Below, in pieces: positions 21,488 through 30,510 of a stretch of 47,568 nt of DNA (positions are counted from its first letter, which is position 1; each line of letters begins with the position of its first letter). The translations under genes and the position numbers were made by a program. This DNA comes from Arenimonas sp. GTDB lineage: Bacteria; Pseudomonadota; Gammaproteobacteria; Xanthomonadales; Xanthomonadaceae. The stretch covers positions 1 through 47,568 of the forward strand of contig JAYUWO010000082.1 in the NCBI GenBank assembly GCA_043753545.1, written 5' to 3'. The notes under the pieces are model-generated. The model was not told the origin of the DNA, did no database searches, and saw only the letters and a program-made list of their open reading frames with translations.

Positions 21488-22495
21488 ATGGCCCCGCGTT
21501 TTTATAATCCCGTTGCCTCCGACAAACAGCGCACCACCGTGCTTCTGGTCAACCTGGGTACGCCCGATGCACCTACGGCTTCGGCCGTGCGGCGATATCT
21601 CTCTGAGTTCCTCCATGATTATCGCGTGGTCGATTTATCGCGCTGGCTGTGGTGCGCGATTTTGCATTTCGTGATTTTGCCGATTCGTTCAGGCATCGTG
21701 GCAAAAAAATATGCCACTGTCTGGCGCGACGATGGTTCACCCCTGCTGGCACTGAGCAAAAAACTCCGTGATGCCGTGCAGTCGCAATGCCCGGATTGCG
21801 ATGTTCGCTTGGCAATGCGATACGGCAACCCATCGGTAGCATCGGTATTGCGAGAAGCCCAGGCCAATGGCATGAATCGCCTGGTGGTTCTGCCCTTGTA
21901 CCCGCAGTATTCCGCCAGCACGACCGCTTCCAGTCACGATGCCGTGATGAAGGAGTTGCAACACTGGCGCGTGATGCCGGAACTGCGTCTGATCAATGAT
22001 TATCACGACAATGCCGAGTGGCTGGACGCGATTGAAGCCAGCATCGAAAATCATTGGGACCTACATGCACGCGCCGAGAAACTCCTGTTTTCGTTTCATG
22101 GTTTGCCGCAGCGTTTTATCCGTGACGGCGACCCTTACGCAGCGCAATGCGAAGCCAGCGCAAAAGCCGTTGCTGCACGTCTTGGCCTGAGTGAAGGCGA
22201 ATGGCAATTGACCTATCAATCCCGCTTTGGCCGCGAGCCCTGGCTGGAACCGGCGACTGACAAGACATTGGAATCGCTCGCAAAGCAAGGTATTAAAACC
22301 GTCGATATTATTTGCCCGGGGTTTGCGGTGGATTGCCTGGAAACACTGGAAGAAATCAAGGTCGAAAATCAGGAGGTTTTCCACAAAGCCGGCGGCGAGA
22401 AGCTTCGCTATATCGCGGCGCTGAACGACTCTCCCGGCCATGCCTGTGCATTGGCGCATTTGATCAAGCGGCATTGCCAAGGTTGGAAAAATTAA
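21488..22495 (+). CDS. hemH: ferrochelatase
   Basis: LLVNLGTP, LPLYPQYS, FSFHGLP, QSRFG and DCLETLEEI. Confidence 0.96.
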   Translation: MAPRFYNPVASDKQRTTVLLVNLGTPDAPTASAVRRYLSEFLHDYRVVDLSRWLWCAILHFVILPIRSGIVAKKYATVWRDDGSPLLALSKKLRDAVQSQCPDCDVRLAMRYGNPSVASVLREAQANGMNRLVVLPLYPQYSASTTASSHDAVMKELQHWRVMPELRLINDYHDNAEWLDAIEASIENHWDLHARAEKLLFSFHGLPQRFIRDGDPYAAQCEASAKAVAARLGLSEGEWQLTYQSRFGREPWLEPATDKTLESLAKQGIKTVDIICPGFAVDCLETLEEIKVENQEVFHKAGGEKLRYIAALNDSPGHACALAHLIKRHCQGWKN

Positions 22496-23340
22496 TGCAG
22501 GAAATTTCCCTCGACACCGCACGCGGCACGATAACGGCATTGCAAAGCGGCAATCTGGATGGCGAAAAAATTCTGTGCCTGCATGGCTGGCTCGACAATG
22601 CCGCCAGTTTTATTCCGCTGATGCCTTCGCTGGAAAATTATCATGTCGTGGCACTCGATATGCCGGGCCATGGCGGTTCGCAACATCGCTTGCCCGGCTA
22701 CGATTACGTTTTCGTTGACTGGATTCACGATGTACTCGACGCGATGGATTCGCTCGGTTGGGAAAAGGCGCATTTGCTTGGCCATTCCATGGGTGGCGCG
22801 ATAGCCACGATCGTCGCGGCATCGGCACCGGAACGCGTCAATAAATTATTGTTGATCGAGGCGCTCGGCCCGATTGCCGGTCTTGCCGATGAAGCCGGCA
22901 TGCGATTGCGTCAAGCCGTCAGTGCCCGCCGCAAACTGGACAAGGATAAATCGATACGCATCATTCCGGATCTCGACACCGCCGTGAATGCACGCCTCGC
23001 CGCCAGCAAGATGACCCACGATGCGGCAAGGCTGATCGTGCAACGAAACCTGCAGGAAGTGGCAGGCGGTTTTATCTGGCGCAGCGACCCGCGCATGATG
23101 TTACCCACGCATGTTCGCACCGATGAAAGTTTTATCCGTAGCTGGATTCGCGCGATCGAAGCAGAAACCCTGGTGATTGCCGCCGATCCTGCGCCGATTT
23201 ATTTTTCGCCTCAGCAACGTGATGGCCGACTTGCGGAATTGAAACATGGACGTGCTGCGGTAATTCCCGGCGGCCATCACTTGCATATGGAACAAGCGGA
23301 TATCGTCGGGAAAACAATTCTCGATTTCCTGCATTCGTAG
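22495..23340 (+). CDS. alpha/beta fold hydrolase
   Basis: LHGWLDNAASF, GHSMGG nucleophile elbow, GGHHLHME; TAATG coupling to hemH. Confidence 0.9.
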   Translation: MQEISLDTARGTITALQSGNLDGEKILCLHGWLDNAASFIPLMPSLENYHVVALDMPGHGGSQHRLPGYDYVFVDWIHDVLDAMDSLGWEKAHLLGHSMGGAIATIVAASAPERVNKLLLIEALGPIAGLADEAGMRLRQAVSARRKLDKDKSIRIIPDLDTAVNARLAASKMTHDAARLIVQRNLQEVAGGFIWRSDPRMMLPTHVRTDESFIRSWIRAIEAETLVIAADPAPIYFSPQQRDGRLAELKHGRAAVIPGGHHLHMEQADIVGKTILDFLHS

Positions 23341-23400
23341 GAGGGCCTTCTAGGCCCGACAACTCCGGAACGATCTTTCGGGCCTAGAAGGCCCTCCTAC
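23337..23400. repeat. REP doublet supplying both stop codons of convergent genes
   Basis: GTAGGAGGGCCTTCTAGGCCCGA ... TCGGGCCTAGAAGGCCCTCCTAC. The TAG stops of the hydrolase and xth lie in its ends. Confidence 0.85.
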
Positions 23401-24170
23401 GGGGTTTCCAGCTCGATCATCACCGGGGCATGATCGCTGGGTCTGTCCCAGGTGCGAGGTTCGCGATCGATCATGGAAGACACGCATTTCGATTTCAACG
23501 CCTCGCTGATCAAAATCAGATCGATACGCAAGCCATGGTTCCGTTGAAAACCCCCGGCGCGATAATCCCACCAGCTGAAATGCCCGGCCTCATCGTTATG
23601 TAAACGGAAGCTATCGTGCAAGCCTAAATCCAGCAGGCGATTGTAAGCTGCGCGTTCTTTCGTTGAGGTTAAGATGGAATCTTCGTTCCACACTTTAGGA
23701 TCATGCACATCGCGATCCTCCGGCGCGATATTGAAATCACCCAGCACAACCAGGTTCGGATATTTTTTTATTTCTTCAGCCAGCCAATCATGCATGGCGC
23801 CGAACCAGCGCAATTTGTATTCGTATTTATCGGTGCCAACATCCTGCCCATTCACCACGTACAGGTCGACGACGCGAATACCGTTGACGGTGGCCGCAAT
23901 AACTCGCCTTTGTTCGTCGTCAAAACCTGGGATGCCGATCTGTACATCCTTCGCAGACTCGCGGCTGACAATCGCGACACCGTTATAGGTTTTCTGGCCA
24001 ATGAATACCGAGCGATAGCCAAGTCCTGCCAAAACGTCGTCGGGAAACTTCTCGTCTTCCATTTTCGTTTCCTGCAACACCACAACATCGGGCTGTCGCA
24101 ATTTCAACCATTCCTCTAGATGCGGCAATCGCACATTGAGGGAATTCACGTTCCAGCTGGCAATTTTCAT
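23397..24170 (-). CDS. xth: exodeoxyribonuclease III
   Basis: WNVNS, LQETK, GDFNIAP, SWWDYR, GLRID and SDHAP motifs. Confidence 0.96.
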   Translation of the reverse strand: MKIASWNVNSLNVRLPHLEEWLKLRQPDVVVLQETKMEDEKFPDDVLAGLGYRSVFIGQKTYNGVAIVSRESAKDVQIGIPGFDDEQRRVIAATVNGIRVVDLYVVNGQDVGTDKYEYKLRWFGAMHDWLAEEIKKYPNLVVLGDFNIAPEDRDVHDPKVWNEDSILTSTKERAAYNRLLDLGLHDSFRLHNDEAGHFSWWDYRAGGFQRNHGLRIDLILISEALKSKCVSSMIDREPRTWDRPSDHAPVMIELETP

Positions 24171-24223
24171 GAGTAATATATCTACTTGATTTTATTATGT
24201 TTGCCGCTTAGTAACTCGACTTG

Positions 24224-24245
24224 ATACCCCCAAGCATACCCCCAA
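24224..24245 (+). repeat. tandem ATACCCCCAA repeats, putative integrase arm-type sites
   Basis: ATACCCCCAA at 24224 and 24236, ~55 bp from the xth ATG. An IHF-like AATCAAGTAGATA (minus strand, one mismatch to consensus) lies between. Confidence 0.6.
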
Positions 24246-24363
24246 ATCGATTCACTGGATGCAAATGTCCGCACTGGACAGCGGCGATGTGTCCACTGAC
24301 GAAAGGCGATGTGAGTCTCCATGATACTTCAAGCGTTCTCAAGAGCGCCTGTAACTCTTACAT

Positions 24364-25167
24364 GTGCAAGGAGATTTTATGACGACTGTACGGCAACTGC
24401 CGCGAGAATGGCGACTGCTGCCTCAATGGGTTAAGAATGAGCTGACCTACGGAACCAAAGAACTTCCATTCTACAACTGGCATATCCAGCAACTCGTCGA
24501 CCATGACGACAGCATGAAGACAGTCTGGCGACTGTTCGAAAACAATCGCCATCACTTTATCCGCAAGGGGACCGTACATTCATTGTTGAGACTGCTTCAT
24601 CAGTCGACAGTTGGGCTTGATCCAGGCCAACCCCGTACCGACACTGATCGCCGATCAATCGCTGATGATGTAAGTAAGCACGTCAACGCGCTGATCAAAT
24701 TGATCGGCCGGTTAGGGACAGGTGGTGCCTTTGGAGCCTATCCGTTGGGTGTTATGAAATCGATCGATGCTGTGGCGATCGATTTCGTCAAAGAACGGTG
24801 CGGGAGGCAATTCGATGCGTGTAAAAAAGAGTTTCAGGCGATCTTAGATGAAGATAAATTTCCAGCTGACGCCAAGAATCCCTTAATGCAGCAACTTGAC
24901 TGTCTACAGTCCGAGATCGAGCTGGAAGGAATGAATCTGTTGATGGATTCTCGAATCTCGCTCAAGGCATTGGCTGACTCCACAAGCGTATGGGCCAAGA
25001 CATGCGGGTGGAGCCGCAATGATTCAATTTGGTACATCGGCAGCACTCTGAAAGATTGGTTCGGGTGCAATCAGTTTTCCGCTACCGCAACGCTTGCGAC
25101 GGCGATCCGAGGTGAGGAAATCAGCAGGGATTCGGTTGCAGGCATCATGAAACGGAAGCGCGTGTAG
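24364..25167 (+). CDS. hypothetical protein
   Basis: 267-aa ORF directly upstream of alpA. True start may be the ATG a few codons in, after a GGAG. Confidence 0.7.
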   Translation: MQGDFMTTVRQLPREWRLLPQWVKNELTYGTKELPFYNWHIQQLVDHDDSMKTVWRLFENNRHHFIRKGTVHSLLRLLHQSTVGLDPGQPRTDTDRRSIADDVSKHVNALIKLIGRLGTGGAFGAYPLGVMKSIDAVAIDFVKERCGRQFDACKKEFQAILDEDKFPADAKNPLMQQLDCLQSEIELEGMNLLMDSRISLKALADSTSVWAKTCGWSRNDSIWYIGSTLKDWFGCNQFSATATLATAIRGEEISRDSVAGIMKRKRV

Positions 25168-25336
25168 GCGCGGCCTCTCCCGCCGGCATCGCGAGAGGTA
25201 ATTGTCGAGGTCGATTTGTGAATTTTTTCCGCACTTTTCGACCTCTGACCTCCGGCGTCTCTCAGGTAGCTTGTCTACGACTGGCCCGGAAGCACCCGAG
25301 TCAGCGCAAAAAGCCTCAAGGACTAAGAGAAAACGC

Positions 25337-25540
25337 ATGGAATCTCAATACACCAATATGCTTCGAATCGGCGAAGTTTGTCGCCGCACAGGCCTTTCCA
25401 AATCACAAGTTCACCGCATGGTTGAAGAAAGCGGTTTTCCCGAACCCATCAAGTTAAGCCGGCGGGCGATTGCATGGGTGGCTGCAGAAGTAGAAAACTG
25501 GCTGCGAGCGCGCATTGCTGCGAGCCGCCAGGCAGCGTGA
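25337..25540 (+). CDS. alpA: AlpA family regulator / probable excisionase
   Basis: MLRIGEVCRRTGLSKSQVHRMVEESGFPEPIKLSRRAIAWVAAEVENWL. Confidence 0.9.
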   Translation: MESQYTNMLRIGEVCRRTGLSKSQVHRMVEESGFPEPIKLSRRAIAWVAAEVENWLRARIAASRQAA

Positions 25541-25541
25541 G

Positions 25542-26183
25542 GTGAGCATTAAGCTGATGTCTCAGGCATGGGAAATGCAGATGCCTGCGTCGAACGCGAA
25601 TCAACTTGGTGGCGCGAGGCCTCGAAAGTATCAGATTCACTTTCGGGAACTGGGCACGTGCGGCTCCACTGACACCGGTGACAAATTGTCACCCGCTGCA
25701 CTCACGTCATGCCTCCCAGTGACACCAGCGTCCGGCACGGATGACGTGCATGTCACCCGAACCATGACTAACCATCAAGCTACTACTCAAGCAATTCGAA
25801 GCTCTCGATTGGACCTACTTGCCAATGCTCCAAAATGCGGACCGCGTAGTAGTAGTCAATCTTCTGAAAAGTTTTGAGCAGAGCATGCGTCAGGAATTAC
25901 TTGACGAGCTGGCTGGTGCGAAAAGAGCAAACGCATTAAAGGGCAATGGCCCGCCTGGCTGCGTGGTGTGGTGCGCCGCGCTCACAGTGGTGCATTTGCA
26001 CCAAACCATGCGTTTCATATTCGGAGGGATCGTCAGCATCGCTTAGCTCTTGCACAAGATGAGGCTGTGCGCCTTGATCGACAGAGGCAAGAGGAAGCAC
26101 GTCGAAAAGATCCTGCTGCACATGCAAGGAACAAGGATGCCCTGGCTACAGAAATCGCTGAATTGGCATTATTTAAGGGCTAG
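25542..26183 (+). pseudogene. degraded replication-initiator-like gene
   Basis: Begins VSIKLMSQAWEM, like phage/ICE HTH replication proteins, but no HTH follows. The C-terminal part QELLDELAG...VRRAHSGAFAP is split over three frames. Confidence 0.55.
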
Positions 26184-26298
26184 GACTTCATGTACACACT
26201 CAAGATTCAGCACCGTTATGAAGTGATTATTCGATGCCTATAAATAATCAAGCCATAAAAATAGTAGCAACAGCCGCGACATCCTAATTCAAGTAAAT

Positions 26299-26426
26299 GT
26301 GGTGAAACAAGTTAATCAACAGACCTTTCTAAATCAACTTAAAGTGGTGAAATATGTCAGAGCTCTCAAAGCACGTGGTGAAATATAAAAATTTTGAAAA
26401 GTACCAAAGTAAGGGTGGTGAAATAG
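26299..26426 (+). repeat. four GTGGTGAAA direct repeats in an AT-rich spacer
   Basis: Copies at 26299, 26344, 26375 and 26415; partial inverted TCACCA at 26466. Confidence 0.8.
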
Positions 26427-26489
26427 ATATTCCTCTCGTCAGATAAATATAACTAGATAGCACACTCACCATTCAGTTAAGGAAAACCA

Positions 26490-27032
26490 ATGCCAAAATT
26501 AAGAACTATAAAACTACCCTCTTCCTACGAACTTAGAGAATATCTCCGTAAGGCCAGCACGGAAATGGAAATAGCCGAAATCAGTGTGGAAAGAATGGCA
26601 GTCGACTTTATCGCTCGTTGCAGGCTGGAGCGAAAAGAAGCAAGAATTCATGCACGCAATGAGCGTAAGAAAAATTCACAAGCACAAACTGGCAATGTTT
26701 GGACTTGTCCCTACATCCTCACATACCGAATGTACGGTCGGCATCTTGATCTTTACTGGACGAAGATAATCGTTCACAAAGACTCCAGGAAGAAATCATT
26801 TAGGCGTGTCAACATGCCAAACGGTAAAACCAAGATGACCGCGATCACATTAAATGCTGCCAAAGAGGAAATCCCGGTTCTTTTGGCCCATGAAGAAGAG
26901 GCTAGAAAACTTCGCGATCTCTGGTCGGTGTACATTGAAGCACGTCGCGTAGTCTCCTTCATGTACCAAAATCTAAGCGACGCCCCATGGCCGCCCGCTT
27001 TAAACGTCGGAGAGTCGACTGGCATGAATTGA
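26490..27032 (+). CDS. basic protein, possibly MobI-like mobilisation factor
   Basis: AAGGA RBS; 180 aa; L-D-L-Y-W and ...EEEARKLRDLW pattern recalls MobI(A/C)-family proteins. The family call is tentative. Confidence 0.45.
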   Translation: MPKLRTIKLPSSYELREYLRKASTEMEIAEISVERMAVDFIARCRLERKEARIHARNERKKNSQAQTGNVWTCPYILTYRMYGRHLDLYWTKIIVHKDSRKKSFRRVNMPNGKTKMTAITLNAAKEEIPVLLAHEEEARKLRDLWSVYIEARRVVSFMYQNLSDAPWPPALNVGESTGMN

Positions 27033-27084
27033 TACGGCGCCCCTCAAAACCGGAAGTCGATGCCATCTTTAGATAACAGGGCTC

Positions 27085-27651
27085 TCAATTTCTAATACTT
27101 TTGCCATGAAGTGCTTGCGTCAATCGACGCAGCACACGAAGCCGAAGCCAGCTACACATGACGATACACGCAATAAAATGGGTAAAAAGCTCAAGCATCG
27201 AGAGTCGACTTCCAGTTCGATGACTAGCCCAAGCAATAATGCCCATAAGCGCAGGCATAGCAGGCGTTACCCACAATTCTAGAAATTTTAAGGCTGCAAA
27301 CTCATCATTGATTAAATCCAGTCGCAGGGCCAATGCAGGCAGGTTCTGCTGCTTCAATGTCAAACACCAATAGCGCCGTAACGAAAGCACTGCCTCCCGG
27401 TGCTGCCTGCTGACCTCATAGCTACCCACAGCAGCAATCAGTGGAAATGACGTCACTAGCGCCAGCGAGAGCGCCGTGTAACTGGGCACTCCAATCGACT
27501 CCAGCAACGTCAGGAGAATGGATGGTGTAGCGATTCCGACGAAAACCTTCTTTGTGTGTCGTTTATGGGCTTCGTGAGACTCAGCGCTTAATACGCTAGC
27601 TGGCGGGATAAGAATTTTTTTTATCGTTATTGCAAAATCATCGGCATCCAT
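27085..27651 (-). CDS. hypothetical membrane protein
   Basis: AAGGAG RBS; two pairs of hydrophobic segments. Confidence 0.6.
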   Translation of the reverse strand: MDADDFAITIKKILIPPASVLSAESHEAHKRHTKKVFVGIATPSILLTLLESIGVPSYTALSLALVTSFPLIAAVGSYEVSRQHREAVLSLRRYWCLTLKQQNLPALALRLDLINDEFAALKFLELWVTPAMPALMGIIAWASHRTGSRLSMLELFTHFIACIVMCSWLRLRVLRRLTQALHGKSIRN

Positions 27652-27894
27652 TGTGGTGCTCCTTGCTGCTTTTTAGGAAATTTTGTTCCCTTAGAAAGCG
27701 ACATGAGTGCAATTAGCTAAAACCCGAGGTGTTCTGAAATTCAATGATTGCGACTTGAAGAAGTTACTGCTGAAAGTGCGGCCTTAATGCTGACACTCAC
27801 TCATCCTCCATTGATAATGCAGACGTAGCGGGTCTTCGCTTAAAACCCTTCACAACAATATCTAGGTCTTTGGGATCCAAGACTTAGGCCCACC

Positions 27895-27986
27895 TGCATT
27901 TACTGGTCGACTCTGAACAGCAAACTGGCTAACGGCATCTTTCCTGCTGGTGTTGACTGGCTGCTTACTGACCCGAGCCAGATATT
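27895..27986 (+). repeat. dispersed ~92-bp boundary element, copy A
   Basis: TGCATTTACTGGTCGAC..CTGGCTAAC..TGCTGGTGTTGAC plus hairpin; spacing identical to copies B, C and D. Confidence 0.75.
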
Positions 27987-28007
27987 AGGCAAAAATTGCG
28001 ATCGCCT

Positions 28008-29510
28008 TCATCGCTGCGGTTTGGAATACTTCACGGTCGACGCCGAGGGTTTGTTTGTGGAGCGGCCGTCGATTAGAACAATGTTTTTGGCCTTGTCGAT
28101 TTTAAGATCCTGCAATATCTTTTTCACCCGCGTCCATTCGCCATCCGTAAAGTATAGGATTACCGTTATGGAGGACGACGTGTCGTTGGCTTTTTCGTAG
28201 ATCTGCACTTGGTTCTGCAGGTTTGTTTTCAACTTGGTGTTCCGCGCGAGCTTGAACTCCACAAGCGTCTTGTCGGCATTACCTTCCGAGACCTTGTAGT
28301 CCACTGGACCTCGTCCGTTATTAACCTCACGGTTGACGTCCATTCGCGACGCGAACCATGTCAGGCGGTAGAGAAGCTGAAGGTGAGACTCTTGCGTGAT
28401 CGGCTTGCCGTTGATGTAGAAGATTCGCCAGCCATCCTTGTGCTCGATGACGTCCTTTAGGAATTTGACCCGCGCCATGCTTTCCGTGAAGGAATTGCCG
28501 CCGGTATAGAAGACCGTTCCTTCCAAATGTTCCCGCACTAGCCGGGACACTTCGTCTACGAACTGTGCCTGGGTGTCCGCCACCTTCTTATTGCTGGTTC
28601 GGTGTGCTTCCTCGGCTGTGTCTTCTTTAGTGCGAATGAAGTGGTCTAGGAGGATCGGGAACTGCTCCACGGTCTGTGCTGCCAAGCGCTTTCGATCTGC
28701 ATCGGTCGCATCCTCAGCCAACCGAGACATGAAATAAGTGTCAATTTGATTTCGCAGTTGCTGATTTGGGATGCATTGGTAAACATCCTCAATCCCATCC
28801 AACAGATCTCCACGATTGATCCATGCCTCGTCCCTCGTCAGCATGTCCTTTGGCGTGAGGATCACATAGTCGCCATTGATAAACGGAAGCTCATACTTCC
28901 CCGGCAACCAACGCTTGGTGACCGAATTGAAAGCTACGCGGTTGATTGCTACCGACCGCACGAACTCTGGTCGGAGATGAGATTTGGCGAAGGTCTGGGT
29001 GTAGTCCAGAAGGAACTGCTTGATCAGATTTGTGACGAAATCACTCAGGTGATCGCGGCCCACTCCATCGCTCAGCAAACACAGCTTTTCCAAGTGGCTG
29101 CCCTTTGTGATCTTTTCAACGCCGAAATCTCGAAAAACGTGGTGCAGGTTTTTGTGCAAAGTACTGGCGAAATGAGCGCCCAGGCCGTTGCCGCTGTTGC
29201 CCGACCGGCTGAATCCAAGCCAGTTCTGTTTGACCTCCGCGAAGCGAAACCACTGATCGATATGGACTTGGGTGAGCTCGCCGGTGGCGGACACATCGCG
29301 CAGGAACTTGAGGTAGTTGATGATCTGCTCATGGAGAGCTTGGTAGACGGCATTCTTGCTGTCGAACAGCAGAAACGGGTCGATGAACAGCGGCAGGTCG
29401 TTAACCAGCGACACGTTGAACGCGCCGTAGGATTCCAGAATCACCTTGTCTACTTCGAAGAAATCCGAGAAGTAGATCCCCACGCGCCCCGCCATACTGG
29501 CTTGTGTCAC
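28008..29510 (-). CDS. hypothetical protein with C-terminal PD-(D/E)XK nuclease-like motif
   Basis: GGAG RBS; N-terminal DLPLFIDPFLLF; C-terminal REVNNGRGPVDYK...LVEFKLA. Confidence 0.75.
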   Translation of the reverse strand: MTQASMAGRVGIYFSDFFEVDKVILESYGAFNVSLVNDLPLFIDPFLLFDSKNAVYQALHEQIINYLKFLRDVSATGELTQVHIDQWFRFAEVKQNWLGFSRSGNSGNGLGAHFASTLHKNLHHVFRDFGVEKITKGSHLEKLCLLSDGVGRDHLSDFVTNLIKQFLLDYTQTFAKSHLRPEFVRSVAINRVAFNSVTKRWLPGKYELPFINGDYVILTPKDMLTRDEAWINRGDLLDGIEDVYQCIPNQQLRNQIDTYFMSRLAEDATDADRKRLAAQTVEQFPILLDHFIRTKEDTAEEAHRTSNKKVADTQAQFVDEVSRLVREHLEGTVFYTGGNSFTESMARVKFLKDVIEHKDGWRIFYINGKPITQESHLQLLYRLTWFASRMDVNREVNNGRGPVDYKVSEGNADKTLVEFKLARNTKLKTNLQNQVQIYEKANDTSSSITVILYFTDGEWTRVKKILQDLKIDKAKNIVLIDGRSTNKPSASTVKYSKPQR

Positions 29511-29599
29511 TCGACTACTCCTGTGGAACTAGCATCGATAATGCCATTATCCCCAAAACAAACAAAAGGCTCAGCTCTATTTCGGCGCGCCAGGCCCCT

Positions 29600-29893
29600 T
29601 AGAAGTTTCTCGAAGGTAAAACCACTGGTATTGAATAATTCCTGCTTACGATCTTTCGCTGCAATCTTGGACAGCGCCTTATCCAGAGCCGGGCCAGTAA
29701 TACCTTTTTCTTCGAGCCGCTTTTTCTCATCCAGGACTTTTTGCTTGTTTTCTGCCAGCAATAGATCGAAACGCCTCAGAACGATCAATGGCAACATAAC
29801 CTTGCGGTATTGCGGCGGACGGTAAGGACCGCGTTACTTGTTGGCCAGATTCCAAACAAATCCAACAATGTTTTGATGCTGTGCGTTCTGCAT
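29600..29893 (-). pseudogene. hsdM: type I R-M methyltransferase N-terminal fragment
   Basis: MQNAQHQNIVGFVWNLANK*RGPYRPPQYRKVMLPLIVLRRFD...FTFEKLL, with an in-frame TAA and abrupt truncation. Confidence 0.85.
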
Positions 29894-30189
29894 TTATGTG
29901 TCTCAATAAAATTCAATAGGTAACAGTGGATGGGCAAATTGGAACGAGCATTACTCGAATCCCTGCAATAAATTCACCGCTCAGTTCGAATGCCCCTCAA
30001 TTTCCATCAAATATTGTACTTGTTGGAAGGGCTTAGCATAGCAACGTCGGGGAATAGACTACGAACCACCTAAATACTCGCCTGCCGATCAGCAAGCTAT
30101 GGTCTTGGATGGTTCGAGCTTTCGCAGCAATGCATCTTAAGTAAAAGCTGGACCAGCACGGGTCGAGTTGTGCCGAAATTCCCGATACT

Positions 30190-30417
30190 CTATTTGCCTG
30201 ATTCAGCTTCTTTGAAAATCTCCCACAGGGATTTTTCCAAGCCTATCGATAGCCTTTCCAGCGTATCAAGCTGAAGGTTCTTCTCTCCGCGCTCAATGGC
30301 ACTGTAGTAAGTCCGGTGCATATCTATGTGGTCGGCAAAGCCCTCTTGGCTAAAGCCAAGAGCCACTCGTTTTTTGCGGAGGGCGTGGCCGAGGCGCTCG
30401 GAAAGGGGTGCGGTCAT
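30190..30417 (-). CDS. XRE-family HTH regulator (controller-protein-like)
   Basis: SQEGFADHIDMHRTYYSAIERGEKNLQL. Confidence 0.9.
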   Translation of the reverse strand: MTAPLSERLGHALRKKRVALGFSQEGFADHIDMHRTYYSAIERGEKNLQLDTLERLSIGLEKSLWEIFKEAESGK

Positions 30418-30458
30418 GTAGCCACCATAGAAACATGGCACTTTGAACTCCACAGCCT

Positions 30459-30477
30459 TATAGGTAGACTACCTATA
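30459..30477. promoter_or_regulatory. palindromic operator between divergent genes
   Basis: TATAGGTAG-A-CTACCTATA, a perfect 9-bp inverted repeat. Confidence 0.6.
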
Positions 30478-30510
30478 GCTTCCATAAATAAGACGTCGTC
30501 GACCCCTACC

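Noticed and set aside
26299-26426. Possible mini-CRISPR array
   Set aside because: Repeats are only 9-12 bp with irregular spacing, and there are no cas genes.
28746-29825. 359-aa plus-strand ORF
   Set aside because: Antisense shadow of the 500-aa gene and the hsdM fragment, with no recognisable motifs.
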